From the human T2T-CHM13v2.0 reference genome, Homo sapiens: DNA of 64,000 nucleotides. The notes under the pieces were generated by a model, which was not told the DNA's origin, made no database searches, and was given only the letters and a program-made list of their open reading frames with translations. Every line of letters begins with the position of its first letter. The stretch's first letter is position 1. This document shows positions 15,292 to 30,906 of the stretch, in pieces. Where the stretch lies: the NCBI RefSeq assembly GCF_009914755.1, contig NC_060936.1. One strand, given 5' to 3'. A program made the position numbers and the translations under genes.

Positions 15292-15612
15292 TTTTTGGTG
15301 TTTTTTTTTTTTGTTTTTTTTTTTTTTTGGAGACAGAGGAATTTTGCTCATCACCCAGGCTGGAGTGCAATGGCGCAATCTTGGCTCACTGCAACCTCCG
15401 CCTCTGGGTTCAAGTGATTCTCCTGACTCAGCCTCCCAAGTAGCTGGGATTACAGGCGCATGCCATCATGCCCAGGTGATTTTTGTATTTTTAGTAGAGA
15501 CAGGGTTTCACCATGTTGGCCAGGCTGGTTTCAAACTCCTAACCTCAGGTGATCCACCCGCCTCAGCCTCCCAAAGTGCTGGGATTACAGGCGTAAGCCA
15601 CTGCGCCCCGCC
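15292..15612 (-). mobile_element. AluS
   Basis: Full Alu; TSD caaagatg(t/a)actttg. Confidence 0.93.
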
Positions 15613-15751
15613 ACAAAGATGAACTTTGAAAATGGCAAATCGGCCATCATAATGCTTAAAGAATAAAATAAACTACTGTTAAAGAAAGCTATGAGACAAT
15701 ATCTCAAAGATAAAATTACAGTAAAGATACAGGCATTGTAAAAGAGAACCA

Positions 15752-16046
15752 GGCCAGGTGCGGTGGCTCACGCCTGTAATCCCAGCACTTTGGGGGGCTG
15801 AGGCTGGTGATCACCTGAGGTCAGGAGTTCGAGATCAGCCTGGCCAACATGGCGAAACCCCATCTCTACTAAAAAAACAAAAATTAGCTGGGTGTGATGG
15901 CGCACGCCTGTAATACCAGCTACTTGGGAGGTTGAAGCTCAAGAATCACTTGAACCCAGGAGGCGGAGGTTGCAGTAAGCCAAGATTGCGCCACTGCACT
16001 CCAGCCTGGGTAACACAGCAAGACTTCATCTCAAAAAAAAAAAAAA
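15752..16046 (+). mobile_element. AluS
   Basis: Full Alu; TSD agagaacca. Confidence 0.93.
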
Positions 16047-16089
16047 GAGACAGAGAGAGAACCAAATATAAATTGTGGACTTAAGAAGT

Positions 16090-19000
16090 GTAAGCAAACA
16101 TCTCAAATCAATAATCTAACCTGTTACTTTAAAACATTGGAAAAAGAACAACTAAACAAAAAGCAAGCAGACGGGAAAAAATAAGGATTAGAGTGGAAAC
16201 TAATGAAATGGAAAACAAAAATAGAGAACAAAACCAAAAGTTAGCTCTTTGAAAAAATCAAAATTGATAAACTTTTAGTCAACTAAGAAAAAAAGAGAGA
16301 AGACTCTAATTACTAAACCCAGGAACAAAACAGGGTCATTACTATGGAACCTACAGATACAAAAAGACATAAGGAAATACTATGAACCACATGCAATGAA
16401 TTAGATAAATTACGTTGAAAAATTCCAAGATGCAAACTACTGAAATGAATTTAAAAAGAAATGTAAACTACGAATAAATCTATAACAAATAAAGAGACTG
16501 AATTGGCCATTTAAAACTACCCACCGAAAACAAAACAAAACAAAACACAGACAAAAATAGGCCCAGATAGTTTCACTGCTAAATTCTACCAAACATTTAA
16601 AAAAGAAGAGCAATTCTTCACAACTCTTTGAACAAAGAGAAAGGATGAACGCTTCCCAACTCATTCAATGAGTCCAACAATACTCTGATACCAAAGCCAG
16701 ACAAAAAACATCACAAGAAAAGAAAGTTAGAGATCAATATATATTATGCACATAGACACAAAAATACTTTTTAAAAACTACCAGGAAATTTAATCTAGAA
16801 ATACATACAGAGATCATATTTGATAAGTGTGATTTATACCAGGAATGCAAGTTTGATTTAAAATCTGAAAATCAATTAATGTAATACATCTCTATTCTAA
16901 AAGGACAAAAACTACATGATCATCTCAATAGATGCAGAAAAAAGCATTCAGCAAAATTCAACACCCTTTCATGATAAAAACAACAAGTTAGCAACAGTCA
17001 AGAACTGAACCTGACAAAAGGGCATATATGAAAAGCCCACAGGTAACATCAGACTTAATGGTGAAAGACTGAATGTGTTCCCTCCTAAGACCAGGAACAA
17101 GATGAGATGTCTCTTTTCATCATAGCTATTCAACATTGCACTCCAGCTTCTAGCCAGGGCAATTAGTCAAGAAAAATAAGAGGCACCCAAACTGGAAAGG
17201 TAAAACTCTTATTTGTAGATAATATGATCCTGTTTACAGAAAATTCTAAAAAATCCACTAAACCACCATTAAAACTAATAAATCAGTTCAGCAAGGTTGC
17301 AGGATACAAGATAAACATGCAAAAACAATTATATTTCTATACACTGGCAACAAACCTGAAAATAAAACAACTCCATTTACAATAGCGTCAAAAAGAAAAT
17401 ATATAAAAATATTTTAGGAATAGAATTGAAAAACTTATACTCTGATAACAACCAAACATTGTTGAAAGAAATTAAAGAAAACCTAAATAAAAGAAAGTCA
17501 CCCCACGTTCAGGGATTGAAAGACTATTTTTAAAACAGAAATACTTCTCAAACTAATCTACAGATTCAGCACAATGCCTGTCACAATCCCAGCTGGCTAA
17601 TTTACTGAAATTGACAAACGGATCCTAAAACTCGTATGAAAATTTAACGGACCCTGTCTAGCCAAAACAATCTCACAAAAGAATGCAGTTACAGGACTCA
17701 AACCTCCTGACCTCAAAACTTACTACAAAGCTAAAGTAATAAAGACAATGCAGTACTGGAATAAGAACAGATAAGTACATAAATCAAATAGACTGAGTCC
17801 AGAAAAAACCCTCACATTACAGTCAACTGATTTGACAAGAATGCCAAGACAATTCAATGGGGAAAAAATAGTCTTTTCCACAAATGGTGCTCAAACAACT
17901 TCATAACTACATGCAAAAGAATTAAAATGCAGACCCCCTCCTCACATTATGTACAAAAATTAACTCAAAATAGATCAAGACCTAAATATAAGAAAAAAAC
18001 TATAAAACTCTTAGAACAAAAGAGGATAAATCTTCATGACACTGGAGCTAGCAATGTTTCTTAAATATGACAACGGCTGGGTACAGTGGCTCATACCTGT
18101 AGTCCCAGGACTTTTCTACAAAAATTAGCCAGGTGTAGTAGCACGTGCCTGCAGTCCCAGCTACTCAGGAGGCTGAGGTGGGAGGATTTGGAGGTCAAGG
18201 CTGCAGTGAGCCAAGATTGTGCCACTGCACTCCAGCCCAGGTGATAGAATGAGACCGTCTCCAAAAAAAAAAAAAAAAAAAAAAAAAGACACCAACCACA
18301 AGCAATAATCATAAAAAAAAATTAATGGACATCATCAAAATTAAAAACATTTGTGCTTTAAAGGACACCATCAAGACAAATTGGGAGAAAATTTTGCAAA
18401 TGATACCCGATAACAGGCTTCAATGTAGAATATATAATGAACTCCAACAACTCAATAAATAGACAAATAATTACAAATGAGCAAATGATCCGATTAGACA
18501 TTTCTCCAAAAAAAGATATACAAAAGGCTAATCAGTACATGAAACATGCTCAAGATCATTAGCCATCATAAAAATGCAAATAAAAACCACAATGAGACAC
18601 TACTTCACAAATGAAATAAGTGCTGGCAAAAACACAAAGAAATTGGAACCCTCTATCATTGCTGTAGGAATGGAAAATGGTGCAGCTGCTTTAAAAACAG
18701 TTTGACAGTCCCTCAAATGATTAAACACAGAATGACCATATTCCACTCCTAGGAAATGAAAACATATTCACACAAAAACTTGTACACAAAAGTTCCTAAC
18801 AGCATTATTCATAATAGCCAAAAAGTAAAAATAACCCAAATGACCAACAACTGATGAATGGATAAAATGTGATTTAACTATACAATGAAATATTATTTGG
18901 CATTAAAAGAAATAAAGTACCAATACACACTACCACACAGATGAACCTTGAAAACCTATGACAAGTGAAAGAAGCCAGTCACGAAGGACCACATATAAGA

Positions 19001-19230
19001 TGATTACATTTACATCAAATGCCCAGAATACGCAAATCTATAGAGACAAAGTCATAGTGGTTGCCCAGAGCTTGGGGCGAGTGACTGTTAATGAGTTTTT
19101 TGGGAGAGGGGTAATGACATGTTCTAAAATTGTGTAACAGTTGCACAATTCTTTGAATACACTAAAAACCATGTATGTATACACTTTAAATGGATGAAAT
19201 GTATGGAACGTGAATTAGATCTCAAAACTA
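16090..19230 (+). mobile_element. L1MB-type 5'-truncated LINE-1 (decayed ORF2 plus 3'UTR), interrupted by an Alu
   Basis: ORF2 landmarks (atctcaatagatgcagaaaaagcatt, tcagcaaggttgcaggatacaag, caattcaatggggaaa) and an MB-type 3' end. Confidence 0.88.
18075..18287 (+). mobile_element. AluJ with internal left-arm deletion, nested in L1
   Basis: cccaggacttt joined directly to ctacaaaaattagcc. Confidence 0.85.
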
Positions 19231-19738
19231 TTATAAGAAATACATAAAGCAAAACTTACAGAAAAGAAAAATTCAATTTTACTGGAATATTTCAACATTT
19301 TTCTTAGTTATTGAACATACCACAATAGTATCAAAAATTGCATTAATCTTGTTGAAAAAAGATTAAAAATTTATAACATGAAAAATATAAAGTATAAAAT
19401 TTAGCCTTTTAAAATGGTCAAGAAATATTTTTTTCTATAGTACCTTAATTTCTGGTTAGAAAAGGTACCTAGGAGTATTTAAATAGGATACACAAAACAA
19501 AGGGAACATGAAATCTCTGAGACTCCAACTGAGTAGAATTTATACGTTTCCTTCATTATTTTTTTGATAGCCCCTTATATTATTACATATTTTTCTGTGC
19601 ATACCTTTTTCAGCTACAATGCAAGGTACGGTTTCCAAACTACCTGGCTCTTTTTGTCATTTAAACAGAATTTGCACCAGAAAGCACAATCTATAGGCTG
19701 TCCTTTCCATTTTTCATCATAATATAAATGAAAAGTCA

Positions 19739-19903
<165 letters not shown>

Positions 19904-21149
19904 TTACAATTTAGCTCAGCAGTAAGTGGCACTGCATAGAGGTTAATCAAGTCCACATGCACAAATGTCCCATATAAATTCAGCCATAGGAACCACAGCT
20001 TTGCTTGCTGTGCAAGTTTACCTCACCAACCCAAAGAAGAATGGTCAAAATAAATTCCATCCATCATCTCATTTCTTATAAGGAGCAATAATTCACTTAT
20101 TTGACCTTGGATTAATAAAGTAGACTATATGAGCTAATTTTCCACATAAATGAAGCTTCCCTTTAAAGGCAACAAAACTACAAAATGAAATCAAAACCAA
20201 AACAAAATAATCTTCTTATTAAACAATGAAACTATTTTTCTGTTCCTTTTGAATCCTGGTCCATATGAACCCATTTTTTTCATAACCACCATAATTTCAT
20301 ATTACATACCTTTCAATTCTCCAACATGAACTTAATAATTAGGAATATTTTTCATGGACATTGTAACCATTTATAACTATACAATATGACAGTAGGTGAA
20401 TATAACAAAGTTATCAGACAGTTCCCCTATTATTAATTCTGTATTTTCACTATTATAAACAATTCCACAATGCACATGTTCATACATAAAATGTGGAATA
20501 TGACTGCCTTATAATAAGATTCCCAATAATGTTCCTAGAGCATGCTTATATTAAAAATTGTTTAAGGTAAAAAGAATAAATTAATGATTCAAATATAAGA
20601 CATAAGAAAAAGAATAGACTTAAAGAAATAAGGGTGGGCCAGAAATTTAAAATATAGACAAAAAGAGGTAACAGAGAGAACTAAAAGCAAATTCATTGAA
20701 AAAAAAGACTTAACGAAGTAAGAAGCTTTTTATATAAGTTATTTTTAAGAAGAAAAAAAAGCAAAACATTAAAAATATTAGGAAAGAGACAAATACAGAC
20801 AAAAGACAGATTAGAAATAATACTATAAAGAACACTATATTCTTTACATTTAAAAACTCAGATTAGATGATTTTCTAGAAAAATAAAATTTAAGAAAAAT
20901 TAATTAAGAAATTCCAGATAATTCTGACAGATTTAACATTCCCATTTAATTTCATTCTCTCCCAAAATGCTATCAAAATGACAACAGAGAAATTTTAAAG
21001 ATGTACATATACAAAGACAGAAAAAAGTAGAGAGAACAGCAATACACATTTTGGAAGCTGGAAAATAGTGAGCTGAATGATAAGCAGATATCAGGCAAAG
21101 CCAAGAGTCAACTGTATTTACATAAATTTAAAATGCTATCTCTAGGACA

Positions 21150-21330
21150 GTATACCACAGTCTAGCTTCTAAATGTGAATGGACTCTGGAACCAGGCTGC
21201 TTAGGTTCAAACCGCAGCTCTTCCACTTATTAGCTGTGTTTTTAGAAACGTTACTTAACCTCTTTTACTGTCCCCATCTATAAAATGGGAATAAAAGAAC
21301 CTACTTCATGGGGTCGTATGATACAAAAAG
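21150..21330 (+). mobile_element. MIR
   Basis: ggactctggaacca...ttacttaacctc...catctataaaatgggaataa. Confidence 0.75.
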
Positions 21331-21434
21331 AAAAATAATTACTCCCTTTTCTCAAAATTGCATTTACTTGGGGACCATTTGTTTTGGTTTGCCAAAAGGA
21401 AAGAAAACAAAAATGTATCTTGTAATTTTTTAAA

Positions 21435-21655
21435 TAGGCTCTGGAGTCAGATTAGGTTCAAATCTGGCTCCAACACATAGTAGCTATGTGATTGCAACTA
21501 TTTCCTAACCTCAGCATAGTGCAAGAAACTATGTCTTAGTTTCCTTTTGATACAAATGTGATACCTTCCTCATACTGTCATAAAGGTTAATATTATAGAA
21601 AGTGCTTAGAAAATGGCTGGTATACAATAAGAATTCGACAAATATTAGCTAGTAT
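21435..21655 (+). mobile_element. MIR
   Basis: ggctctggagtcaga...ggttcaaatctggctcc...aaagtgcttagaa. Confidence 0.7.
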
Positions 21656-22224
21656 TAAAACTAGTATTTCATATTCATAAAAGAATATGAAATATATTTT
21701 AACTACTTGATAAGCATAAGGAAATCATTGTGAACATCAATTTTACTATATCTGCAAATACACAGGGGAAGCTGTGAATTACTAATGGAATACACAGAAC
21801 TGTTTTACTTGTTTCTTTCCCTCTTTCTCTATCAGCTACCTCTCTAACAGGGAAAACTGAAGACTGCCCGGTGATTATGATTTAACAACATGGGTTATCC
21901 ACAGAGGTAAATGAATCATTACAACTCACAGTTCAGCCCCTTCACTTTACACCTGAAGCAGCTTACTGACTTCCCAAAATTTCCCTGACTCTTTAGAACT
22001 GAACTGAGACCTAGACCTAAACCAGATCTACTGATTATCAGTGCAGAGCTCTTACCAGATTTTGGGTACACCCCTTCTGGTAAGGAAAACAAAAGTGTGT
22101 TGGGAGGGTTGTACACTAGCTATTTCACTCCCAGCTCTACGGCCAAACGTTTTGGTTTCTGGTTATTTGAGCTTTATAAAATCTGCCTGCCAGCTTTATG
22201 CAATATAGTTTCAGTTTCATATTT

Positions 22225-22243
22225 ATGTGTGTGTGTGTGTGTA
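22225..22243. repeat. (TG)n microsatellite
   Basis: About 8 TG units. Confidence 0.85.
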
Positions 22244-22841
22244 TGTATATATTTACTTATTTATTTACCTAAAGGAGAAGAAAACCGTTATTTAGCCAAA
22301 GATCCCAAAAGATAACCAATAGTGGGCCAAACCTATCTTGTGGCAAAGACAATATGGCAGACAATCATGTTTGTGTATAAGGATAACAGTAGCCATTATG
22401 TAGATTGTAGATTATAGATTATCTTGTTAAATGATGCTTTTCCAACTATTAAAATTTTTATCTTATGTTGTTTATGCTCAAATTACCTACATCTAGTGAC
22501 TTCCAATATATACATTAAATTAAAAAATAAAAAAGATCATTCCATTTGTCACTGATTAACAAAACGTGTGGTTAATTTTCCTAGCACTTCAATCAAGTAG
22601 AAAATTCATGTCCAAAAGAAAAAACAAAAAGTAAAAAGTACAGATATAGAAGTGGCAAACATTCATAAGCACGACACACAATATGAAACTTTCAAATCCC
22701 AAAGATCCTTTTGAAAATACAAATGAAAAAATATATGTTGATGAAGATAATGCAGAACTAAATGTGTAAGAAACAAACTGAAAAAGTATCCTGAAGCAAA
22801 ACAGGCAAACATTAGTTAAGAACCACTGAAACAATAGATTA

Positions 22842-23072
<231 letters not shown>

Positions 23073-23199
23073 CTAGAAATGAAAGTAATAAGTCTGATGT
23101 GTATTTATAGATGGGGAAAATGTGGAGCAGAAAGACTAAGATGCTCATCATTTATGAAGTAATTGTGCTGAATTTTTTCCCTTTCTCCACTGCACACTC

Positions 23200-23385
23200 A
23201 TCCCTATCTGACATACTTTATATTTTCTTGCTCATTTGTCTGCGTGATTCCCTACCCTCCCATCATCCCCATTAGAATGTAAGCTTCAAAAGGGCAAAGC
23301 CTGTTTATTTTGCTCACTGCTGGATTGCTGAGATTAGAATAGGGCTTGGAATATAGTTGGTGTCCATAAAATACTTATTAAATTA
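23200..23385 (+). mobile_element. L2 3' end
   Basis: ttagaatgtaagcttc...ttttgctcactgc...aatacttatt. Confidence 0.7.
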
Positions 23386-23611
23386 ATATATGGATATATG
23401 CTCTGGTCATAAACTAACTTAAGACTCAATAAGAAATACAGCCTACCTCCTCTGCCTATATACCTAGGGCTGAAAAACACTGCTACAATAGCCCCAGCTT
23501 TTATGTGACCGGGAAATAAAAACATTTTCTGATCAATATTGGAATCATATGTGTTTTTATTTCAGGTGTCAACAGGAAGAAGTATCTAGACACAGAAAAG
23601 CAAAAATTTTA

Positions 23612-23776
<165 letters not shown>

Positions 23777-24639
23777 TTAGAATGCTAGGAAATAGCAAAA
23801 GTTAAAACAAAGACCACACAGAGGAGGGTTTAGACTACCTACGCACACAGAGTCCTCCTCTATCCAATGTACTCATAAGCCTCCCTTTCTCAGTATTTGT
23901 ATCTTCGGCTATGTATCTGCCTCCTTCCATTTCTTACCAAGATCTGCCCCTCTGTTCAATAAGGCAAGGCAAAAATTTGTTTTCACTAAACTTTCTTATA
24001 CTATTGAAAAAATAAAGTTTTTTTCTATTTTATAATCTATATTTATAAAACTGTATTAGAAATAGATACAAGAAGGAATAGATTATCATTCCTCATTTAT
24101 GTCGAGGATTTAAAATGTACAAATAATTAATAATATTCTTTGGAGAGCTTAATTATATCAGACTAAAGTATCTACCTATCTCAAATTTATACTTTTACTA
24201 ACAACTATATACTGGGCAGTATTTTGTCAATTTACAAAACTTGTAAAACGTACAGTATTCTTCAAGTTAATCAAGACAATAAGACCCACTATAAAGTAGA
24301 AGAGTTCAAAGGAAATGTTCTTATACTCACAAATATCATTATCCTCAGTCAAAAGTAAATTATATCTACACGTACAGCCAGGAAACACAAATCTCAACAA
24401 AAATTTCAAATAGTTCCTACCATACCACTGAGCAAAGAAGTCTAACTTGAAAGGTTTTTCCTCTTATAAAAACTAGTGGTCACCCTGGAAACTTGATTAA
24501 GGTTTCTCTAACATTACTTAAAACTTAATATATTCAAAAGCTAGCAAAATAAAATGGAAATTACAAATATTGATGAATAATTTATGTAAGAAAATAATTT
24601 GAAAAATAAATTATCTAAATATGGAATTTCTAAAAGTTC

Positions 24640-25755
24640 TAGCATGGCACTGGGATAAAAACAGACACACAGACCAATGGAACCGATTACAAAGCCCAAA
24701 AGTAAATCTACCCATTTAGGGTCAATTAATTTTCAACAAAGATGCTAAAAACACACAATGGAGAAAGGACAGTCTCTTCAATAAATGGCACTGGGAAAAC
24801 TAAATATCCATTTGCAGAAAATCAAATTAGACCCTCATCTTACACCACATACAAAAATCTACTTGAAATTAATTAAATACTTAAGCTCTAAGATCTGACA
24901 TGATAAAACTACTAGAAAAAAACACAGGGGAAAAGCTTCACGGAAACTTGGAACACTGGTCCAGGGAATGATTTTTTTTTTTTTTATATGAGGATATGAC
25001 CCCAAAGCACACACAACAAAAGCAAAAACAGACAAAATAGGATTACATCAAACTAAAAGGCTTTTGCATAGCAAAGAAAACAATTCACAGAACAGACAAC
25101 CTCCAAAATGAGAGAAAATATTTATAATCTATATCAAATGAAGATTTAATATCCAAAATATATAAGGAACTCAAACCATTCAGTAGAAAGAAAATAACCC
25201 AACTTAAAAATGGGCAAAGGAACTGAATGGATATTTCTCAAAAGATTATATAAAAATGGCCAACAAGTATACAAAAAAATATTTTAAATCACTAATCATC
25301 AGGGAAATGCAAATCAAAACCACATCATATCTACGAGAATGTCTATTATCAAAAAGACGAAAGTTAAATGCTGGAGGGGATGTAGAGAAAAAGGAAACTG
25401 TTGTATACTCTTGGTGAGAGAGTAAAAACAGCCACTGTGGAAAGCAGTATGAAGGTTCCTCAAAAAATTAAAGATAGAACTATCATATGATCAAGTCATC
25501 CTAGTACTGGGTATATATCCAAAGGAATTAAAATCAGGATCTTGAAGAGATAATGTGCCCTCCTATGTTCACTGAAGCATGTTTCACAATAACCAAGATA
25601 TGAAAATACCTAAGTGTCCACTGACAGATGAACAGATAAAGAAAATGTGGTATATATACATGATGGAGTACTAGTCCACCTTAAAAAAAAAAGAAAATCC
25701 TATTATTTGTAACAACAGAGATGGACACACTATGTTAAGTGAAATAAGCCAAAAC
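24640..25755 (+). mobile_element. L1M(A)-type ORF2 C-terminal/3'UTR fragment
   Basis: ggacagtctcttcaataaatgg, tcatcagggaaatgcaaatcaaaaccac, aagtgaaataagcc. Confidence 0.88.
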
Positions 25756-25769
25756 AGAACTTTCAGAAA

Positions 25770-26390
25770 TTCTTTTATTATTAATTAAAGGCCACAGTTT
25801 ACATTAAGGTTCACTCTGCATTGTTCATTCTAAGGGTTTTGACAAATGTATAGTGACGTATTCATCATTATTGTATCATACAGAGTAGTTTCACTGCATA
25901 AAACTTCTGTGCTCTACCTCTTCATCCTTCCCTCTCTCCCATCCCCAAGCCCTGGCAACCACTGGTCTTTTTACTGAAAGATGTACTTTTTAAAAATATT
26001 TATTTTTTAATTGACAAATAAAAATTGTATCTATGATTTATACACCGTTTTGAAATATATGTATTTTGTGGAATGACTAAATCTGGCATCCATTACTTCA
26101 CATACCTTTTTGTGGTGACACCACTTAAAATCTACTCTTAGCAATTTTCAAGTATATAATACATGGTTACTAACTATGGTCACCATTTTGACCAACATCT
26201 CCCCTCCCTCCACTTCCTGCTAACTAAATTCTGTTCTTTCTATGAGTTTGAGATCTTGTGGTATCTGTCTTTCTGTGCCTGGCTTATTTCACTTAGCATA
26301 ATGTACTCCAGGTTCACCCATGTTGTCACAAATGACAGGATTTCCTTTTTAAGGCTGAATAGTATCCCACTGTTTATATCTACCATGTTA
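25770..26390 (-). mobile_element. Two antisense L1M 3'-end fragments (MC-like then MA-like)
   Basis: ccctggcaaccactggtctttttactg; tctttctgtgcctggcttatttcacttagcataatg. Confidence 0.8.
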
Positions 26391-26714
26391 TATTCAAGTA
26401 CTCTTCAAATATTATTCACATATATTAGCAGTGCATGCTCAACTTTTTACTAACAGAGTGAACAATAAAAAGCCTGGAGACAACTGCTCTTAATCAGAGA
26501 CAGGCTTTTCCTGCATCCTTCTATCTGAGTACTACACAGCTTGCATCTGTGTCACACCCACATGACGTGGGGCTAGCATCTTCAAAATGCTTGAATACGA
26601 TGGAAGACTCACCTCCTCTACAAAATTCCCATCAGCTTGTAACATCTAGCATTAGTTACCGATTCTACTCAGAAGTCAGGTACCATAATAGATAATAGGA
26701 CAATTAATTCATAC

Positions 26715-26999
26715 TTTGAGACAGGATCTCACTCTGTTGCCCAGGGGGAGTGCAGTGGCACAATCACAATTCATGGCAGCCTCTACCTGCCAGGCTCATG
26801 TGATCCTCCCACTTCAGCCTACAGAGTAGCTGGCACCACAGACACATGCCACCACACTCAGCTAATTTTTTTTATTTTTTGTAGAGACAGTGTTTCACCA
26901 TGTTGCACTGGCTGGTCTTGAACTTCTGGACTCAAGCAATTCACCCACCTCAGCCTCCCAAACTACTGAGATTACAGGTGTGAGCCACGGTGCCCAGCC
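26715..26999 (-). mobile_element. AluJ
   Basis: Diverged Alu with gtgatcctcccacttcagcc. Confidence 0.88.
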
Positions 27000-27345
27000 A
27001 TTTCACATTTCTGATTTTAAAAAATGCCTATTAAACATTTTTCAATTCCAGATTAAGGTAACCTCACCTAAACCTCATCCCAGTTCATTTCTAGCAATGT
27101 ACAATTTAAAATTACTGTCCTTTAAAATTCTAAAATCAAAAATTATTCGTTGGATGTATAATTTTTTATCTCTGAATGAAAATACAGATATTTAACACTA
27201 GAAAGGACATCCAAAAATTAAAGTGATTATGCTTCTCTTTCTCAAAATTGTCCATCTTGTTAAATCTGAAGGGCTAAAATTATACTTTGAGTTCAAATTT
27301 TTAAAATTTTTTCAATTTATCTTTTTATTTAACCTTTGAACTTAC

Positions 27346-27412
27346 CAATTACATGTTTCTGCAGAACAAGATCAATGATCCGTAGACAGATATTCTCTAA
27401 CTGCTGGGTAAT
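27346..27412 (-). CDS. IPO8: IPO8 exon 17 (67 nt)
   Basis: AG/GTAAG; ITQQLENICLRIIDLVLQKHVI. Confidence 0.96.
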
Positions 27413-27499
27413 CTAAAGATAAATGTTAAATATTAAGCTTAAAATTATCATAATTAATACATAAATTTAATATTGTGCCAATAAAAATATCAAGAGGAC

Positions 27500-28700
27500 A
27501 TTTTTGAGACGGTAACTTGACAATTCTAAACTTCATGTGAAAAACTAAACATGCAAGAATAATCAGAAAATTTTGAAAAATAGACTGACAGAAATGGGGG
27601 TAAAATCCATAACAATTTATATTAGTTCCTTACCATATATTTTATACCAAAATAAATTCCTAATAGATAAAAGATTTCAGTGTGAAGAAATAAACCATAA
27701 AAAAATAGAATAAAAAGAATTATTGTATAATCCTGAAAAGGGAAAGTGACTCAAAGCCCAGAAATAAGAAATGAAAAGAATGAAATCATCTGACTAAAAA
27801 ATTAAAGAATTTTGCATGGGGCATGGGGAAGTAAAAAAAAATGAGTGAAATATTTTCAAATGGTATCACAAAGATCAAATTCCCCTTACATAAAATTAGT
27901 GAATTTTTAAAAATTGAAATACAATAGAAAACAAATGTGTTTCTTTTTTTATAATCTTTGCCTGTGTTTATAAAAAGATGTTCGTTATAATACATGGTAA
28001 GAGTACAAATTCCAAGTGCAACATTAACAATTTTCACCTATTAAGACTGGAAATGATCACAATTATGGGGCTGGGAAGAAAGACCCTGTTGTATATTGAT
28101 TTCTGGAGTGTAAATGGTATACACAATGAAGGACAAGTTGGCAACATCCTTCAAACTTACCCATACAAATGACGATGCAAACCAGCAATTCCACTTCAAG
28201 GGATTTACCCTTCACACATATTATGTGTGCAAAATGACACATAAAAGGCCATTCATTCATTTCAGCAATGTTTGTGATTACTAGCAATCAAATGCCCATT
28301 TAAACAAGAGACAGTTAAATTATATCCACTAAACCGGGACTGGTGAAATAAATTTGACACATCATACAAGGGAATATTAAGCAACCATTAAAAATATATA
28401 ACTTTATTGATTGACATGGAAGGATCATCAAGATATATTAAGTTAAAAATGGCAAATAAAAACTGTGTATAGCATGCTATCATTTTCGTAAAAGAAAAAT
28501 ATACACATTCACTTTTTGCTTATATGTTAATAGAAAAATCTCTAGAAGGACCCAAAAACCTGGTTTAAAAAAAAGGAAAAAAATAGCTGCTTCCAGAGAG
28601 GAGAATTAGATAGCTGGGGAGTTGAGTGAGAAGGTAAAATTTCACTGAATTTTCTTTTCACATCTTTTGAATTTTTCAACATATGTTGGTATCAAATATT
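27500..28700 (+). mobile_element. Ancient L1ME-like fragment
   Basis: cagcaattccactt, gacatggaagga, A-rich; very degenerate. Confidence 0.6.
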
Positions 28701-29346
28701 TTAAAATAAGTTAAAATCTATGACGGGTTACATTTTTCGTGTAAATGTCCTATTTCAACCATCAAGTATATTCTAATATTCAACTTAAACTACTGTCTTA
28801 AGGTTCAAATGATCCAAAATTTCCCACTTTAAAAAACTGTCAATATGCTTAAAACCATTAAACAAAAATGCATATGCTTAAGCACCTATTTTAGATTCAC
28901 AATTTTTTGTTTCATACACTATTTGTCAGTGTTTCATAAATGTGGTTTTTCCTTTTAAGGAAATATTGTTTTCAAAGTTTGCTTTTAATAAGTTAAAGCT
29001 CAAAATCTTGGTCAAGAGACGAAGATTCCGGTTGGTTTTGCCTGTAATTATTCATGGCCTTGGTAAAGCCATTTAGCTGAAGGCTTTAGGTTTTTTTTGT
29101 CTTTAGGTAAGGATGCTATATTAGTGTGTCTCAATTTTCACCCATGCCTCTCTTGATAATCACAATAAGTTCACCTGTCCCTTTAACATTATTTGGAATT
29201 CAAAATAAATTTAATATCAAGAGAAAAAATAAAAACAGAAAAGATGCTGTTTTGTTTTTAAACTACCCCTGCAGCTCATTCTACTACGCCCCACACACAC
29301 TTGTGAAAACTGGATAAGGTGATTTCTAAGGTCTCTTCAAATTTAA

Positions 29347-29840
<494 letters not shown>

Positions 29841-29868
29841 TTATCAAGCCATTTTTAAGAACCAAGTC

Positions 29869-30179
29869 AGCCGGGCATAGTGGCTCATGCCTATAATCCC
29901 AGCACTTTCAGAAGCCAAGGCGGGCATATCACTTCAGGTCAGCAGTTCCAGGACTGCCAGACCAACATGGTGAAACCCCTTCTCCACTAATAATACAAAA
30001 ATTAGCCTGGCGTGGTGGCAGGCAGCTACTCGGGAGGCTGAGGCAGCACAATCACTTGAACCGGGAGGCCAAGGTTGAAGTGAGCTGAGATTGTGTCACT
30101 GCACTCCGGCCTGGGCAACAGAGCAAGACTTGTCTCTGAGCAAGACTTGTCTCAAACAAATAAACAAAAAAAAAAAAAA
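29869..30179 (+). mobile_element. AluS with small internal deletion and a duplicated 16-mer
   Basis: gagcaagacttgtctc twice; TSD aaccaagtca. Confidence 0.9.
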
Positions 30180-30231
30180 CCAAGTCATCTTCCATTGGCA
30201 CGTCATAAACACAGGATAAACCAACAGCTAC

Positions 30232-30906
<675 letters not shown>

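Noticed and set aside
16090-19230. Active L1 ORF2
   Set aside because: 5'-truncated, frameshifted and interrupted by an AluJ
21665-21694. 12-bp-arm hairpin, plus smaller ones near 33357, 50302 and 50887
   Set aside because: Short, AT-rich or TE-derived, and too short for a pre-miRNA
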